Source: Octopus bimaculoides
Lineage: Eukaryota
Assembly (NCBI RefSeq): GCF_001194135.2
Contig: NC_068982.1
Coordinates: 40,440,456 to 40,478,890, forward strand
Reading direction: 5' to 3'
DNA: 38,435 nt
In this document: one piece after another, positions 35,667 to 38,435 of the stretch
How the letters are laid out: each line of letters begins with the position of its first letter
How positions within the stretch are numbered: position 1 is the first letter of the stretch
Notes under the pieces: model-generated
Seen by the model: only the letters and a program-made list of their open reading frames with translations
What the model was told of the DNA's origin: nothing
Databases searched by the model: none
Position numbers and translations under genes: made by a program

Positions 35667-36542
35667 CTTTAATGTCGAACAGTCAGAGTAAGTGTTCAAC
35701 ACCGCATTGGCACATATATATTCCTTGCTTGTGCGCTAATAAAGCTACAAATAACTTTATTTAAAGAGGGATCTCTTTACAATTTTCTAGTCCAACGGAT
35801 AACGATTTGGGGTGTATTTTGCTTTTATTTCTGAACGAAGTTAAATGCTGCGTATATCTTTCATCGAAGATATTTCCCGTCACTCCGATATAAATTCAAA
35901 TCCTTAATGCCAGTCTTGTATAGTAATTCGTTTTCCTGGCACCTATTGTTCAGGATCTATAATTACAAGATCATCAGTGGATTTTTTTAATATTATTTTA
36001 TTGTGGTTGAAAATGATTGACTCTATTGAACATCCTGTGATACGTATGTGAGTGAGGAAAGTGGTTGTCTATGTTTCAGGAATTTTCTAGCTATATTCGT
36101 AACTACATACATGAATGTAGCTACGTACATGAATGTAGCGACGAACATATCTGGACGTGCACGAGCGTTTTCGCATAAGATGATTAAGGAATTAAATAAT
36201 CCACGGTGAACGCAGTTCATTACAAAAATAAAACTAAGGGCTTATGCAAGGGAGACAACAATTAAGATTACCTTCTAAGCAAACTCCCATAATATGTATA
36301 TTTATTTATTCCGAAATCCCGTACAGTTTCGAGTAAACTCGTGTATTCTCATCCAAAGTGGTTACGAGTACCTACCTTCCCATGTGGCAGGCTTAAAAAT
36401 TGTAACATATCTCTCTTTACATTAAACCTTTGGTACCGGTGTCAACCTCCAAAAAGGAAGAATATATATATATATATATATATATATACAACATATAATA
36501 TAATATATTATGATATATATATGTGTGTGTGTGTGTGTATAA

Positions 36543-37070
36543 GCATATATGCATACATATATGTACATACCTACATATATATGTATATATACATGTATTT
36601 ATGGGTACAGGACGTTAAAAAAGTGAACAAAATGAAAAACGAGAACACAAAAAAACAAAAACATGGAAAACGAACTTTTTTTCGAAAAACGAAAGAAACA
36701 AATAGAGCAACGAGACAGGCAACATAAAGAACAATCCCTTCATCAGTTGTCCCCTGTTTTATCTACACCGCGTTTCGAAGTTTGGGACAAGACGCGATTT
36801 CGTTAAGACAGTCCTTCCCGCAAAGCAAATAAAATAAAATTTGAGATTTTTGCGGAGGGTTAAAATGGTAACAAAAACATGACAGTAAGAACAAAACAGT
36901 AAAACAAACAGTGAGAGATGTTGAGACATAACGAGGTAAAGTGGTGAACGCTGGAGAAAGGAGCTAAGTCAGGAGACAGGCAAAAGTAGGTCTTATCTCT
37001 TCTAAAGCAAGAGGAAGAAAGAACGATAGCCGCTGGTCACGTGTGAGCAACGAGAGAGGGAGAGAAAGAG
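36543..37070 (-). mobile_element. Second copy of the 3885-4853 repeat family
   Basis: Reverse complement aligns with about 4310-4850 (cacgtgacca.cggctat, ccctccgcaaaa, tttgctttgcgggaaggactgt, cgaaacgcgg, ctgatgaaggga, tcctgtacccat). Confidence 0.85.
36733..36801 (-). ncRNA. Permuted hammerhead-like motif
   Basis: Minus strand: CGCGTC/TTGTCCC-aaa-CTTC-GAAACGCG-gtgtagataaaacag-GGGACAA-CTGATGA-AGGGA. Stem I (7 bp) and stem III (5 bp) are perfect; stem II is weak. Confidence 0.4.
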
Positions 37071-37076
37071 AACGGT

Positions 37077-37119
<43 letters not shown>

Positions 37120-38117
37120 CAAAATAAGCAAAAGGATATCAAGTAGTGATACAGTACGACTGTTTCAAGCGACTCCAGTTAATTGAACAATGCAATCATT
37201 ACATTAATTTAATACTTGATACTTTGTTGCTTACTTTGNNNNNNNNNNNNNNNNNNNNNNNNNNNNNNNNNNNNNNNNNNNNNNNNNNNNNNNNNNNNNN
37301 NNNNNNNNNNNNNNNNNNNNNNNNNNNNNNNNNNNNNNNNNNNNNNNNNNNNNNNNNNNNNNNNNNNNNNNNNNNNNNNNNNNNNNNNNNNNNNNNNNNN
37401 NNNNNNNNNNNNNNNNNNNNNNNNNNNNNNNNNNNNNNNNNNNNNNNNNNNNNNNNNNNNNNNNNNNNNNNNNNNNNNNNNNNNNNNNNNNNNNNNNNNN
37501 NNNNNNNNNNNNNNNNNNNNNNNNNNNNNNNNNNNNNNNNNNNNNNNNNNNNNNNNNNNNNNNNNNNNNNNNNNNNNNNNNNNNNNNNNNNNNNNNNNNN
37601 NNNNNNNNNNNNNNNNNNNNNNNNNNNNNNNNNNNNNNNNNNNNNNNNNNNNNNNNNNNNNNNNNNNNNNNNNNNNNNNNNNNNNNNNNNNNNNNNNNNN
37701 NNNNNNNNNNNNNNNNNNNNNNNNNNNNNNNNNNNNNNNNNNNNNNNNNNNNNNNNNNNNNNNNNNNNNNNNNNNNNNNNNNNNNNNNNNNNNNNNNNNN
37801 NNNNNNNNNNNNNNNNNNNNNNNNNNNNNNNNNNNNNNNNNNNNNNNNNNNNNNNNNNNNNNNNNNNNNNNNNNNNNNNNNNNNNNNNNNNNNNNNNNNN
37901 NNNNNNNNNNNNNNNNNNNNNNNNNNNNNNNNNNNNNNNNNNNNNNNNNNNNNNNNNNNNNNNNNNNNNNNNNNNNNNNNNNNNNNNNNNCGGGAAATAA
38001 TCCCAAGAATCAAGATTTCTCCCAAGATGACATGGCATTCAAAAAAAGGAGATATTTTTAATAAATCGCTGATTTACGCTATATGACATCTGTATTTCTC
38101 TATATATATACATATAT

Positions 38118-38340
38118 ACTCTTTTACTCTTTTACTTGTTTCAGTCATTTGACTGCGGTCATGCTGGGGCACCGCCTTTAGTCGAGCAAATCCACCCCAG
38201 GCCTTATTCGTTGGAAGCCTAGTACTTATTTTATCGGTCTCTTTTGCCGAACCGCTAGGTTATGGGGACGTAAACACACCAGCATCGGTTGTCAAGCAAT
38301 GTTGCGGGGACAAACAAAGACACAAACACATACGCATACA
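38118..38340 (-). mobile_element. SINE family A 3' half, running into its internal microsatellite at the window end
   Basis: Nearly identical to 5304-5515. Confidence 0.85.
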
Positions 38341-38347
38341 CGCACAT

Positions 38348-38435
<88 letters not shown>

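Larger units (their letters stand above)
2564..37990. other. Ten assembly gaps
   Basis: N runs at 2564-2987, 4921-5077, 5729-5872, 12465-12491, 14580-14723, 19345-19518, 25437-26232, 30154-30980, 33697-33761 and 37239-37990. Most abut (TA)n. Confidence 0.98.

Noticed and set aside
1637-38061. Most long ORFs in the supplied track ([12 protein letters not shown], poly-X)
   Set aside because: They are translations of dinucleotide or tetranucleotide microsatellites or of N gaps.

Overview
AT-rich, microsatellite-dense animal DNA with ten N gaps. The dominant tRNA-derived SINEs look like octopus (coleoid cephalopod) repeats; this is inferred from recognition and needs BLAST. No host protein-coding exon can be called with confidence, and almost all listed ORFs are microsatellite or N-gap artefacts. 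The window holds three SINE families, three defective mariner elements, a fold-back element built from two 3' ends of a Tc1/mariner-superfamily transposase (1816-2374), hAT-like MITE pieces, a decayed Helitron and minisatellites. The main result is a set of small non-coding, terminally redundant elements carrying hammerhead ribozyme (HHR) folds. One is a 351-bp unit (27033-27526, minimal type I HHR at 27201-27243, minus strand). Another is an unrelated 451-bp unit (35063-35600, type I HHR at 35203-35274, minus strand). A third family (3885-4853 and 36543-37070) has hammerhead core boxes and stems I/III in a permuted order. They resemble non-LTR retrozymes or Penelope-type pLTR elements that could yield self-cleaved circular RNAs.
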